A stretch of DNA of 64,000 nucleotides, from the NCBI GenBank assembly GCA_050613775.1, contig JBODTK010000105.1:186001-250000 (forward strand), in the 5' to 3' direction. Below, one piece after another: positions 49,561 to 64,000 of this stretch (position 1 is its first letter; every line of letters begins with the position of its first letter). Under the pieces are notes generated by a model that saw only the letters and a list, made by a program, of their open reading frames with translations, was not told the origin of the DNA and did not search any database. The stretch comes from Neocallimastix sp. 'constans'. Its lineage: Eukaryota. A program made the translations under genes and the position numbers.

Positions 49561-50929
49561 TTATAATTAATTATTTCCTTTTTAAGAAATTATTATTTAA
49601 TAAATTTAAATTTTTATATATAACATTATAAAATAAATATATATCAAATAAATAAATATATAAAATAAATTATAAAATAAATAAATATTATTGATTATAT
49701 TAAAATTTTAAAGTTTTTGATTTTCTTGTCCACCTAAAATAAAATAAAATAATAATAATAATAATAATAATAGTAATGATAATAATTTGTTCAAAAAAAA
49801 AAAAGTTTTATCAATGTAATAAAAAAAAAGTAATTAAATAAATCTTCATAATTAAATATTTTAAACAAAAATTATTAATATATATATAATATAAATATAT
49901 AAATTTAAATAAATTATATAACTATTAATATATTAAAGAAAAAAAAACAGAATGATATAACAGTTTTTTTTTTTTTATTTTTTAAAAAAAAAATAATATT
50001 TAATAATAAACGAAATTCAATTTATTATTTTTAACTTTTCAATGCCAACATTTTTATTTTATTTTATTTTATATTATTTGTTATTATTATTATTATTATG
50101 TTATTAAAAGCGGATAAAATAACGAACTTATTTTTAGATTATTAATAAAATTCTATAATTAATTTTTATAAAAAGTTTTAATATATATATATATATAAAA
50201 TAAAAAATAATAAAGGATAATAAAAAAAACATTTATTAAAAAATAAAAACTTTTTTAATACAGGACACATTAACATTTATATATTAAGATTTTTATTTTT
50301 ATTTTTATTTTAAATAGTTTATAAATGTAATCTTGCTTCATAACTATTAATTCTTATTTCAATAATTCAATACAGCAATATTTATGGTAATAGATGTCGA
50401 TATAATTTAATAATAATATACATGGATATTTATTATTTTGAAATAAAAAAAATTACTTTTATATATAAAAATACTTTTCTTTTCATTCCTTTTTTTTTTT
50501 TTATTATTATAAAAAATGACTTTTTTTTAAATTTCCATAAATCATGTCATGTCCTGTGAAAAAAAAAAAAAAAAAAAAAAAAAGGAAAAGAATTGGACAA
50601 TAATCTTAAAAAAAAAAAAAAAAATAATTTTTTTTTAATTGCATTAATTAAAATTTTAATTTAATTTAATTTATTATAATTTATTTATCTGTTAATAATT
50701 TATTCATTAAAAAAAAATTTTTTTTAATCCACAATAAAAGGTTAGAAAAAAAAGTTTTGTTAAAAAGATGATCTGTTGATTTTTTAACCATTAAAATTAT
50801 TACTTTTATAATTATTCCATAAATAATATTAAAGTAATAAAAAAAAATAAATAAATAAAAAAAAACATCATATCTTAGAATTTATTAGTAAAATTATTTA
50901 GTAATATATTTATATATATAAATTTCTAA

Positions 50930-50964
<35 letters not shown>

Positions 50965-52869
50965 TTTTTAAAAATTATAATAATATATAATACATGAATC
51001 ATTTGTCAAATTTTCTAAATAAAAAGATAAAAGGAGTGGAGTATGTTTAAAAAAAGAAAAAAAATAATAATAGCGGAAAAAAAAAAAAAAAAAACTCTAT
51101 ATAATAAAATATTAATGAAGAATGAAAATGTTATTACCATTGTTATTATTAATTATATTCTATTTATTAGTATCATTATTCCATGTGTAAAAAAATATTA
51201 GAAAATAAAAATAAAAGGAAAAAAAATAAATATATATATATATAGATATATTTTAAATATATATTTTCTTGATATGATATATTAAAAAGTTTAATTTTTT
51301 TTTTCTTTTTTTTTTTTTTTTTTCTTTCTTTTTATTTTTTTTTTTATTTTTTTTTTTTTTTTCGATTATATTTATTAAACAGATCAAATAATAAAAAATG
51401 TTAAACAAAACAATTATAATGATTTGGATTGCTTTTAAACTATAAACAATCTATCAAAAAATATAATTATAAAAAATTTTATATAATAATTAATAATAAT
51501 AATAATAAAGAATAAATAATAGTTAATTATTATTGGAAAAAAAAGAAAATCTTTGATGTCACAAAATATCTTTAATTTAAATTGGAAATAAAATTATTAA
51601 TAACTATTTTTTTTTTTTTTTTGTTTTAAATTGCTTTTTTTTTATTTTATTTTTTAAATAACGATTTGTTATTAATTATTATTAATTCATGAATAGAATT
51701 AATAATATATATTATATATATAATTTTTTTTTTATATTATTTAAAATTCTTTTATTATAATATAAAGAGTAATATTTTTGTATATGAACTATTCGTTTAA
51801 ATTTTTTATTATTAAATTTGCATTTACATTAGATACAATGTTTTTTTTTTTTTTTTTTTTAATTATTTTTTATATAGATTGATAGATAGTATTTTTGGAA
51901 TTTTAATGTTCGGAACTCTTTTTTAAATTTTGATATTTAGATTATTTTAAATCTAATGTATTTTTTAATTTTTTGTTATAATACTTTTTTTAGTAATACT
52001 TTTTTTTTTCTAAATATTAATAATAACTGTTTTTAATATTAAATTCTAATAATAATTATTATTTTTTAAATTTTTATTGTTATTGTGTGTATATATATAT
52101 ATATTTTTTGTATTACTAGTAATAATTATTTAAGGTTGATATAACTCTTCATAATGAATATTATTATTATTGTTATTTTTTTAAATATTATTTTTTCATT
52201 TTATGATATATATATATATATATATATATTTTAAATATTACTATTCCTATTTATGATATATTATGTAATTCAAAAATATTACTTTTATTCCTCATAATAC
52301 CATATAATGATAATTATAAATATGAATACATTATTCTATAGTATTAATTATAACCCGTTTTGATACTATTATTATACAATTTTTATACTATGAAATGATT
52401 TCTTTATTAATTTTTATTTTCTCACTTAAATGGGATAAAAAGTTATCTTAGGAGTTTTAATACTTTGATAAGTTTTTATCCTATTAAAACTCCAAAGATA
52501 GGTTTTTTTATCTCTTTATATATTAGTATATTATTTATAATCTAATTTTACTATTTTATAATTATTTATCCTATTAATTAAAAAAGAAAAATAAAAATAA
52601 AATAAATAAATAAATATCTTTAATCAAATATTGACCTAATGAAAAAAATTCAAGAAATACATTTTTATTAATTTGAAATAATTCTATATTTTAATATATA
52701 TATATATTTTAATTATTTAAAATTTATAATAAAGCATAAAAAAAAATATTTATAATACTTTAATCCACATTGCTTAATTTAAGCTTAATATTATCATTCC
52801 TCCTTACATTAACTATTATATATATATTATATATTATTATTATTATTATTCTTTAAGAATTAAATTTGT

Positions 52870-53272
52870 AAATTTGACTTTTGTACTCCTGAAATCCTTT
52901 TGATAATAGGATCAGCTAACATACCTCCGAGTACTGATACTATATTCTAACTCAATTAATTTCATTTTTTTTATCTATTTTTTTCATAATCTTTTCTTAT
53001 TAGAAAAAAAAAAAAAAAAATTTTTTTTTTGTATCTTATAGCTATAGACTTTCATCTTTCCTTTAGAGTTTTTGTATCCTGAGCATTGACTATACACGTT
53101 TTATAATCAACCGTCATTTTTATTTTAATTTTTTAATAAATTTTTTTTTTTATCTTTATTATAATATTCCTTTATATTATATATAATTTTTTTTAAAATT
53201 ATTATACCTTGTTTTAACGTCTTCGGTGAGACTAGCATACTTAGCTTCGGTGGTAGATAGAGTCACTATGAT
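52870..53272 (-). mobile_element. Ty1/Copia RNase H relic
   Basis: The minus strand gives IVTLSTTEAKYASL (compare the Copia motif VALSTTEAEY) and GMLADPIIK (compare QLADIFTK); heavily decayed. Confidence 0.7.
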
Positions 53273-53573
53273 TTTTTTTTTTATTTTTTTAAGTCTTAAT
53301 ATCATTATTAACATTTGAATTGTCATTACTGTTATAATTACTATAACTAATTATTATTACTTTAACTAATTATCATTACTTTAACTAATTATTATTGTTG
53401 TTATTATTATATTTATTATTATTAATATAATTAATTAATTAATAATAGAATCATTATATCAATATATCTATCACAGAAACGAAAAGTAGAGTTAATCGTA
53501 TCAGGCATTACCTTAACCTTCAATGAAATAAGACCATCTCTCGCTGGTATAATGGAATGAGTAGAAATATCCA

Positions 53574-53618
<45 letters not shown>

Positions 53619-53708
53619 AATGAGTTCCGGGGAAGCCTATCCTAAGAATCTTTCGTTAGAAAAATACGTATGTAAGGTTTCTGTAAATAGGTTGATGGTC
53701 AAAAACCT

Positions 53709-53756
<48 letters not shown>

Positions 53757-53963
53757 TAAGATGAGATATATCCTATGATTTATTAAAAAATATATATATA
53801 ATATTTCAATTTCAAGGGAATAGAAATTTTACTATTCATCCCTTGAGAAGGATTTGAAATTGCCTATAAAATGAATGGGTTAGGGGCAACAGCAACAGCA
53901 CACCCACACATATACATATACATACACATACACAAAAAGTAGGATAGAATCTCTCCCCCCCCC

Positions 53964-54001
<38 letters not shown>

Positions 54002-54199
54002 TTTTATGAAATTTTTAAGATGAAAAGTGAAAAGTTTTAAAGTATTAATTTCAGTGACACTGTCAATAATCCCAATCGGTGGAATTGGTTATTATCTTCA
54101 AGTTTTGTATGCTTACCATTATTTTTATATGAAGAATTGAAATATTTCTTGTGAAGACAATGCATACTTCATCTTCATTATCATCACCACTTTTCTTCA

Positions 54200-54285
<86 letters not shown>

Positions 54286-55485
54286 TTATTATTTTTTTTT
54301 ATAATTATCATTTTCATTCATTCTCTTCACTTCACTTCATTTTTACTACTAGAATGATAATTATTTTTATTATAACCTTTAGAAAAAAAATTTTTTTTTT
54401 TTTTTATTTTTGTTATAAAATTATATTTTTTTTCTATTATATATATATATATAATTCTTATGGTTGCTACTCTCACTAATTTTATTATTATTTTCCTTAA
54501 TTAAAAGATTATCGTTTTAATAAAATTAATATTTATCATTATATATTTATATATTTTTTGTTATTGTTGATGTTTAAATAAATCATTTATGACATTTTTT
54601 TTTTTTAATGGCTCATATCATGTAATCTAAAAAAATTTTTTTTCTTTATCCTTTTTTTTTTTTTTTTGTTTGTTTGTTTTATTTTAATTTAATTTAAAAA
54701 AAAAAAAAAAAAAAAATTCTTTAGTTTTTCAAAGATGCAATTTTGATATGTTACCGTTACCTATATATTAATAAGGAGGTTTCTTTTTTTTTTATCGTTT
54801 AGATACATCATCATAAAGAAGAGATTTGATTCATTCGTCTTTTCTTCGGGTTGGAGTCGATGAAGTCGAGCTCCTTCTTCTTCAAAAAAAAAAAAAAAAA
54901 AAAATAATAATAATAATAATAAATAATAATAATAAATAATAATAATAAATAATACTAATAATAATAATAATAATAAATAATAATAATAATAAATAATAAT
55001 AATAAATAATAATAATAAATAATACTAATAATAATAATAATAAATAATAATAATAATAAATAATACTACTACTACTAATAATAATAATAAATAATAATAA
55101 TAATTATAATGGAACCAGGTTCTATCCTGGTTGTTCGTCCCTGGGTTAGTGTACATATTATATGAATGTAGTTTCAAAATGTGGCTTCTAAGAATTTTAA
55201 AATAAAGCCATACATTTTTAAATACTATTAAATAACTATTTCAAATGAAATAATAATATATTCTATTAAAAAAAAAAATAAAAAAAAATTAATTTTTTTT
55301 ATAAAAAATTATTTTTATTATTGAATATTAATAAATTACATATAAAGAAGAATATTATTATTTATTTAATTATTATTTATTTAATTATTATTTATTTAAT
55401 TATTATTTATTTAATTATTAAAAAAAGCCACATAATAAATTACGCTACATTGCGAAATGCACTATCCCCATATTATATATATATC

Positions 55486-55544
<59 letters not shown>

Positions 55545-55786
55545 TCTAATGAATCTCTTAGGTATTATGGGGATAAGATACCGTTCTAATTGTGTGGTGC
55601 CTGAAAGGGTTACGTAAGTACCCTCATCTTTAATCTATTTTACGAGTCTTCTCTAGGGAATTATTACTATTACTAGCATTTGGGTAGGCATTGGATTTCT
55701 TTTCTCTGTGTGTCCTTTGTAGATTTTTGTATATCCTATCCTACTTATATTCGATTGATGACTTATGAAATATAGACATCTATATA

Positions 55787-56136
55787 GGGAGAGTTGCATT
55801 TCCCCAAATTGCATTTCGCCAGATTGCATTTCGCCAAGTGGCGTAGTATTAAAATGTTGCATTTCCCCAAGTTGCTATTCGCCAGGTTGCATTTCGACAA
55901 GTAGAGTATTGATATAAATAAATGAATAAATAAATAAATATTAATTCAAAATATTTTTTTTTAAAATTGATTTTATGCGATATTAATAATATTTAATTTT
56001 ATTTATTGATTTATTTATTTATTTAATAATTTTCAATTTGGCGAAATGCCACATTTTTTTAATACGCCACATGCTTTCAAAAAAATTGGCGAAATGCAAT
56101 CTGGCGAAATGCAATTTGGCGAAATGCACCACACCC
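55787..56136. mobile_element. Mutator/Foldback-like MITE, 350 bp
   Basis: GGG...CCC termini; inverted arms built from 15-bp TTGCATTTCGCCARA repeats; perfect 9-bp duplication ATCTATATA at 55778-55786 and 56137-56145. Confidence 0.88.
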
Positions 56137-58774
56137 ATCTATATATTCTACTGAAAATTGTAATCTTTCTTAACGTTTTTTGTGCATTGGCCACAAGTTG
56201 AAGGACTGGTCGTTCCATATAATCATGGGTTAGGTTATGTTGGACATTATTTTCTCCTCTCTCTTCCATTTCAAAAAAAAAAAAAAAGGGAAAAAGTTTG
56301 GAACTGGAGCGGCACTTCCTCAGGAAAAAAAAAAAAAAAAAAAAAAAAAAAACATAAAAATAAAAATAAAAATAAAAAAAAAATACATGAAAAAAAAAAC
56401 ATACTAGAAGAAAAAAGAAAAGTTCCAGAAAAAAAGAAAAAAAAAAACGTACTATAAAAAAAAAAAAAAATTCTCAGTAATAATAGGGCATGTCAGAGAA
56501 CGCCAATGTTTATTATTTGCATAACAGTACCACAATATCTGTTTAATAACATTTATATATATTTGAGCAAGGATATTAGCACAGCAACTATTTTTTTTAC
56601 ATATATATATATTTGAACATGAACACTCAAAAAAGGCCTTCCAGTACAGGGACCGGACTGGAGGGACATCATCCTACCCATACCTATGCCGTAAAAAAAA
56701 AAAAAACCTTTGGAAGGGTTAAATTGTGACTTAACTTCAATATTCCCAACTGTTCCTGAGGGGGCTTGGGGATCTGAAACCAAGGGGGAAACTAAGGGTG
56801 GTAAACACCAGAAATAAATAAATAAAAAAATAAAAAAAAAATAACAGATAATAATAATAAATAATAAATAATAAATAAAAAAATAAAAAAAAAATAACAG
56901 ATAATAATAATAAATAATAAATAATAAATAAAAAAATAAAAAAAAAATAACAGATAATAATAATAAATAATAAATAATAAATAAAAAAATAAAAAAAAAA
57001 TAACAGATAATAATAATAAATAATAAATAATAAATAAAAAAATAAAAAAAAAATAACAGATAATAATAATAAATAATAAATAATAATAATAATAATAATA
57101 ATACAAGATAATAATAATAAATAATAATAATAATGTTAATAATTATAACAGATAATAATAGATAATCACAGATAATAATAATAATAAATGTTCTGTTTCA
57201 AAAAAAAAAAAAAAAAAGTAATAATAATAACTTTTTAAAAATAAAAATATAACTACATTGTATAATGTCATAGGAAATAAAAAAAACTTTTTTAAAATAA
57301 TAATTATAACAATCAAGTGATTACATTAATTAATGCAAATGGTGAATAAATAATGAATAAATTTCTTTTTCAAATTTATATAAAAATTCTTCTCATTTTT
57401 TTTTTTTATTTGTGTTAAATACAATAAATTAAAAAAAAAAAAAAAAAGTGTGAATAAAATAAAACTAGATCAAGGTCAATGATTAAAAATAAATATGATT
57501 GCTTTTTAAAGTAAATAAAAAAAAGAAAAGAAATATAACAGAAAAATATTAAAATACTTCTATTTATACTTTATCTCAAAATATAATTTACTTTAAAACA
57601 AAACCAAATATACTTTGTTTATAATTTTTAAATTCATTCTAATTATTAAAAAGTTGTCAGAAAGCAACCAAGTCCTTGCCGTATCAATGGAAAATTTGAT
57701 AGGCACGATCTTCAAAGTGAAAAATGTCGTTAAAATAAACAACATTAATCACCACTTCCCGCTATGAACCGGTGCTACATATCATCCTCCAACTTAGTAA
57801 ATGTGTCTTGTTTGGAAAACAAAGACGGGAAACGTACTATATACATGATCCTGTAAAGTACGGTCGATAGAGAAAAAAACATTTGGCCAAAGTTTTCGTA
57901 TTATATAATTAATTAATTTTAAGATATTAACAATAAATTAATGAATGAAATTTAAAGTAATATGATTGGATAATTATGTGTAACATATATATTGTTTTTT
58001 TATAATTTATTATTAATTTTGTTTAATAAATTAATAAATAATAAATAATAAATAATAAATAATAAATAATGGAATAATAAATAATAAATAATAAAATATA
58101 CATAATTGAATAATAAATAATAGAAAGAGTATTTATTAATAAATAATAAATAATAAATAATAAATAATAAAATATACATAATTGAATAATAAATAATAGA
58201 AAGAGTATTTATTAATAAATAATAAATAATAAATAATAAATAATAAAATATACATAATTGAATAATAAATAATAGAAAGAGTATTTATTAATAAATAATA
58301 AATAATAAATAATAAATAATTGAATAGTAAATAATTAAATAATTGAATAGTAAATAATTAAATAATTGAATAATAAATAATAAATAATAAATAATAAATA
58401 ATAAATAATTGAATAATAGAATAATAAATAAATAAAAGATTATTAAATAATAGAATTAAAATTTGCTGAATTTTAATTGAACCTTGTTTTTTTTTTTTTT
58501 TTTAAATTAATATATTTAATAATATACAGTGTAATATTTATTATTATTATTATTTGTTCAATAATATACAGTATAATATTTAATAATAATACAGTGTAAT
58601 ATTTATTATTTTATTATTATTTAGTTAATAATATATGATATATTTATTATTTTTATAATTATTTAGTTAATAATATATGATATATTTATTATTATTTTAT
58701 TATTATTATTATTTAGTTAATAAATATATAATGATATATTTATTATTTTTATTATTATTTAATAATATATGATA

Positions 58775-58819
<45 letters not shown>

Positions 58820-59094
58820 TTATTGTTATTAGTTAGTAGCTATTTATTTCATTAATTAAATATTTTTTAAAGTTTGTTAAAATTGAAAATGGATTAATTT
58901 TGGATACGCTAAAAGTAAACAAAATAGAATAGAAAGATGGAGACTAATAGCAATAATTTTTTAATAATGACAGATTACACTGTAGCCAAATATAATATAT
59001 GCTAACCATTTATTAACCACCAACCACCATCACTACCACCACCAAATATTAAATGAAAAAGTTTAATTTAATTTATCAATCATTAATATTTATT

Positions 59095-59142
<48 letters not shown>

Positions 59143-59235
59143 AAAAGAAAAAGAAAAAGAAAAAGAATATTTAATTTATAATTGAAACATTTTTTATTTT
59201 TTTTTTCTGTTCAAGTGTTTTTCTTTTTTTAAAAA

Positions 59236-59577
59236 ATGAATAAAGCAACATTTGCTATTTTTTCAGCTTTACTAGCTGATTATGTTATGGTAACTATTAT
59301 TGTTCCAATTATAAATGATTTATTTAAAATTGACTATGGTAAAATAGATGAATTTAGAGTTGGTTTTGTATATTCTATGAAAGGTAAAATGAGAATTTTT
59401 AAATATTTAAATACATAGTAATATCTTAAATAATAATAAAAAAAAATTTATATTGAATCAATAAAAGTTTTAATTTTAAAAAAATTAAATGTATTTGAGA
59501 TTCATTTAAAAAAATATGGAATTCTAATTTGAAATTCATTTTATTTATTTGAATTTTTTATTTTTATTAATTTTGAA

Positions 59578-59624
<47 letters not shown>

Positions 59625-60389
59625 TATAATTATTATTCTATATATATTTGATATTTAAATTTCAACTATTTATTTTATTTGATTTAATCTATACTTCATA
59701 TTTAATTCTAAACTATTTATTTTATTATTTTATTATTTTATTTATTTTATACTCTCTGTATTTTATATTATAATTTAAACTTTTTATTTTATTTTATTCA
59801 TTCTGTATTTTATTTCAACTATTTATTTTTATTTTATATATATAATAATAGATATAAAATTCAATAGGTATTTTATTTTATTTTATTTTATTTTATTTTT
59901 TTTCATATCTATAATATATTTTAATATCATATCATTAATTTTTAATAAAATTATTGTTATTAATATTTTTTTTTAAAGGTTTGTCACAATTGTGTACAGG
60001 TTTATTAATTGGAAAAATTTCCGATAAATTACAATTAAAATTAATGACACAATTAGGTAAAACTATTATTTAAAAATAAAAATTATATATTACCATTTTC
60101 TCTTAAAAATATACTAAATATATATTAAAAATAGGGTTAACTTTTGATTTCATAGCATCATTAATTTACATTTTTGGAAGAAAATTTCCAAGCTATATGA
60201 CTGCTAGAGGAATTCATGGTATAGGAAGTTCTTTAATAGCTTCTTCAAGTTTTTCACTTTTAGCGAATCATTATAAAACAGATGAAGAAAGAGGTGAAAT
60301 TATGTCAAAAGTAATAATATAAAATTATATTTTAAAAATTAATTTTTAAATTTATTTTACAATTTTTTAATGAATTTCTCTCTCTCTCT

Positions 60390-60455
<66 letters not shown>

Positions 60456-62576
60456 TTTATATGTATAAATGAAAATACTGATAATAACAAATATAATTAC
60501 TATTATTATTAATATATGAATATACATATTAAATTTAAAATACGTTAGGCTGGAACTGGTATAGCATGTGGAGTATTATTTGGTCCAGTTTTGGGTGGTA
60601 TTTTATATTCTGTATGGAATTTTTTTTGTACTAAAATTATATATATATATATATATATATATTTATGTATATTATTATTATTTCTTTTATTATTATTATT
60701 ATTATTATTTAAAATTATATAAAAAATTAATATATTTATAAAAATATAAATTATATATAAATATACAATGTAAAATTTATATTGATAAATATTTATATAT
60801 ATTAGCTTGGTGAAAAAATGGGATTAGAGTCATATGCACGTCTTGTTCCATTTGCATTCTGTAGTATAGCTGATATATTAGCAATTAGTGGTGTTCACTT
60901 TTTCATTAATTCACCCTACAGATCTATAAAAAAGAAAAGTAAAACTTTGTCCTCCTCATTAGAACTTGATAAAAAGAAAAAATCAACGTCATCACAAAAG
61001 AATTTGTCCAATTGGCAAATTTTAAAGTATGTTCCTATTTTAGCTTTAGTATATTTAAGTTTTGCAGGAAATTTAGAAATATCGTATATTGAACCAATTC
61101 TTCCAAATTATTGGATGAAATTAACTGATAATAATTGGAATACCCTTAAATCTGGTATTCTTTTTGGTTTTTCACCATTATCTTATACTATTTTTATGCC
61201 AATTTTAGGTAAAAATAACTATATATATTTGTTAAAAAAGAAAAAAAAAAAAAAAAAGAGATTAAAAATCTAATATTTCAAAAATATTAATTCTTTAATA
61301 ATGAAATGTAATGTATATATTGAATTTATTTTTATATATATTTATATTATTATTATTATTATTATTTTATTATATATATTATAATAAATAAATAGGTAAA
61401 TATGGTTATAAAATTGGACGTCATCATGTTATTCTTATTGGAATGATAGTTATTAGTTTTCTTTTCTTAGTAAGTAAATTAATAATGTTAAATCAATAAA
61501 TATATAAAATAAGTACAAAAAAAAAAAAAAAAAGACAAACAAATTTTGTCTAAAATTAAATAATTAAATTAATTATAACTAATTTTTTTTTTTTTATAAT
61601 TATTTATATAAATATATTTGTAATGATCTTCATTTATATTTTATATTTTAATTGTAAAACAATTAAAGATTGTTATACCTAACAAAAGTTTTATTTATTC
61701 TTCAGCATTCTTTTTATTTATGATGGGATGTGGTAGTGGTGCTATTGATTCATCATTACAACCAATGTTAGCTGAAGCTTATGATAATTTATTAGAAAGA
61801 AAAAAGAAAGAAGAAAAATTAGTTAAAGAAGTAGAAATGGATATTTCTGATGATAAAACGGAAACTTCATTAGACGAAAAAAATATTGTTAAATTAACTA
61901 TTGATATAGTTGATTCAAAGGAAGATTCTGCTGCAACATTAGAACTAGAGGAAAAGGAAACAGAAAATGGTCAGGATGAAGTAACTGAAGAGGAAGTTGA
62001 AGAAGAAGCTCATAATAAATATACAAGAGTTTTTTCATTAGGAAATATGGCAATGAATGTTGGTTTTATTACAGGTAAAAATAATAATAAAAAATAATAA
62101 TAATAATAATAAAAATAATTATAAATAATAAATAATAAATAATAAATAATAAATAAATAATAAATAATAAATAATAAATAATAAATAAATAATAAATAAT
62201 AAATAATAAATAATGATAATAATAAATAATGAATAATAATAATAAATAATCAATAATGAATAATGATAATAATAAATAATAATAATAATAATAATAAATA
62301 ATAATAATAAATAATGAATAATAATAAATAATGAATAATAATAATAAATAATAAATAATGAATAATGATAATAATAAATAATAATAATAATATTAAATAA
62401 TAAATAATGAATATGATAATAATAAATAATAATAATAATAATAAATAATAAATAATAATAAATAATAAATAATAATAAATAATAAATAATAATAATAATA
62501 AATAAATAATAATAGTAATAATAATAAAATAATCATTTGCATTATTAATTCAAATTATTTTTATTTATATATAATA

Positions 62577-62607
<31 letters not shown>

Positions 62608-62868
62608 TTCCTTAAATGAATATTTAATAAATGAATTCTAAATATTTTTTAAATTCATAAATAATAATAATTAGGTCCACTGATTAGTTCATTTTTAGTA
62701 GCATTGGTAGATGGAGATGAACCCAATGTTAATCGTTTTAATTCCTCTTTCTTTAAATGCTGTTTAATTTTCGCTGCTTTTGGTTTATTATCATCTGTAG
62801 TAGCCATAATTCCTGGATTAAAAAGATATAGAAGAGAAAAAGATAAACAAATAAACCAACAACAATAA
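59236..62868 (+). CDS. MFS transporter, SLC18 (vesicular amine transporter)/DHA1-like
   Basis: Eight exons join in frame: 59236-59383, 59979-60056, 60135-60310, 60549-60611, 60806-61208, 61396-61469, 61669-62074, 62675-62868. Motifs GKISDK, ARGIHGIGSS, LANHYKTDEERGEIM, GVLFGPVLGGILY and IEPILP.W resemble SLC18 proteins. Confidence 0.85.
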
Positions 62869-62997
62869 AAAAAAAAAAAAAAAAAGAAACTAAAAGATAA
62901 TTTAAAAAAAACTATTAAATTAGAAAACAAAAACAAAAACAATATAAATTAATAGATTATAAAGTAAAATGAGATTATATCATTTATTTGTCTATAC

Positions 62998-63032
<35 letters not shown>

Positions 63033-63165
63033 AACTAAAAGATAATTTAAAAAAACTATTAAATTAGAAAACAAAAACAAAAACAATATAAATTAATAGA
63101 TTATAAAGTAAAATGAGATTAAATGTTTATTATATCTTTTATTTGTCTATACTTATAAAAAAAAA
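62869..63165 (+). repeat. ~145-bp tandem duplication in the transporter 3' UTR
   Basis: GAAACTAAAAGATAATTT...GAGATTA...TTTGTCTATACTTATAAAA occurs twice (from 62886 and from 63031). Confidence 0.85.
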
Positions 63166-64000
63166 AAAAAAAAAAGATTAGTATATTATAAATATTATAA
63201 ATATATATATATATATTTTTGTTATTTTAAGTTTTATTATTAAATATATATAAATATATAGAATAGATGTCAATTATTTTTATTTTATTTTTAATATATT
63301 TTATAATGAATTATCAAATATATTGAAGATAAAATAAAACTTTAAAAAAATAATTAGGTCTATTATAGTTTTAATAAGAAATTAATAATAAAAAATAAAT
63401 AGTATGTTATTTATATTATTATTTTTATTAAATATATATTTAATAAAAAAAAAAAAAAAAAGTTTATTTTATATTCAGTAAAAATATAAAATAAAATTAT
63501 GATATATATATATATATATTATTATTATTTTTTTTTTTTTATATATTTTTATGTTTTTATATTTTATATTTTTATTTTTTTATTTTTTTTGAAATTTAAT
63601 TCCTATGATGAAAATTACTTCACTAATGTCATTAATAAAAAATTTATTAATTTTTTGTGTTTTTGTGTTTGTTTTATTTATTTTTTTCATTAATTTCTTG
63701 AAAAGGTATGCTTCAATTTTTATATACTGTTAGTATACATGTTAACGTTCTTGTTTGATAATTAGTGTTTCTTTTTAATCTTATAATTAAAAAAAAAACA
63801 CTAATTATCAAACAATTTTTTTTTTTTTTTTTTTTAATCTTAATGAAAATTAACTATGCTAAAAACTTTTACTTTATTTTTTTTTTTTTTATAAAAGTTT
63901 AATTAATTTTATTTCTATTTTCTATTTTCTATTTTTATTTTTTTATTTCATACTGTTTTAATTCATAAAAATCTTTTTTTTTTTTTTTTTTTTTTTTTTA

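Noticed and set aside
53470..53780. Possible further LINE tail relic
   Set aside because: Only a vague resemblance with no diagnostic motif; it cannot be supported without a search.
55110..55150. Minus-strand CAGGGACGAAC resembling the pre-PPT hairpin loop
   Set aside because: There is no GACTTC/GAAGTC stem, PPT or adjacent LTR.
55653..56269. ORFs with GEMQ/CISP repeats
   Set aside because: They are translations of the MITE's 15-bp repeats.

Overview
An extremely AT-rich, intron-containing eukaryotic window. It is most likely from an anaerobic gut fungus (Neocallimastigomycota), inferred from base composition, GT-AG introns and an intronless class III anaerobic ribonucleotide reductase. Host genes are an SZT2-like gene (left edge, partial), tRNA-Val(CAC), nrdD and an SLC18-like MFS transporter. 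The main feature is a ~25-kb head-to-tail stack of eight Ty3/Gypsy-type LTR units: 2 gag-pol elements, 2 gag-only elements and 4 solo LTRs, with seven distinct LTR sequences and three different primer tRNAs. The stack starts 15 bp upstream of the tRNA-Val gene, and each unit is separated from the next by exactly 4 bp (GAAA five times counting the tRNA-proximal copy, then GAAG three times). This is what repeated single-base-precise insertion at a Pol III start site would produce, leaving a polarised chronological record. The elements share cis-signals: a U5-leader stem, a post-PBS uORF motif, a pre-PPT hairpin and a -1 frameshift cassette. The window also holds a Copia-type non-autonomous element apparently primed by a half tRNA-Lys, several LINE relics, a 5' 18S rRNA fragment, and a Mutator-like MITE. 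All alignments and family calls were made by eye, without database searches.
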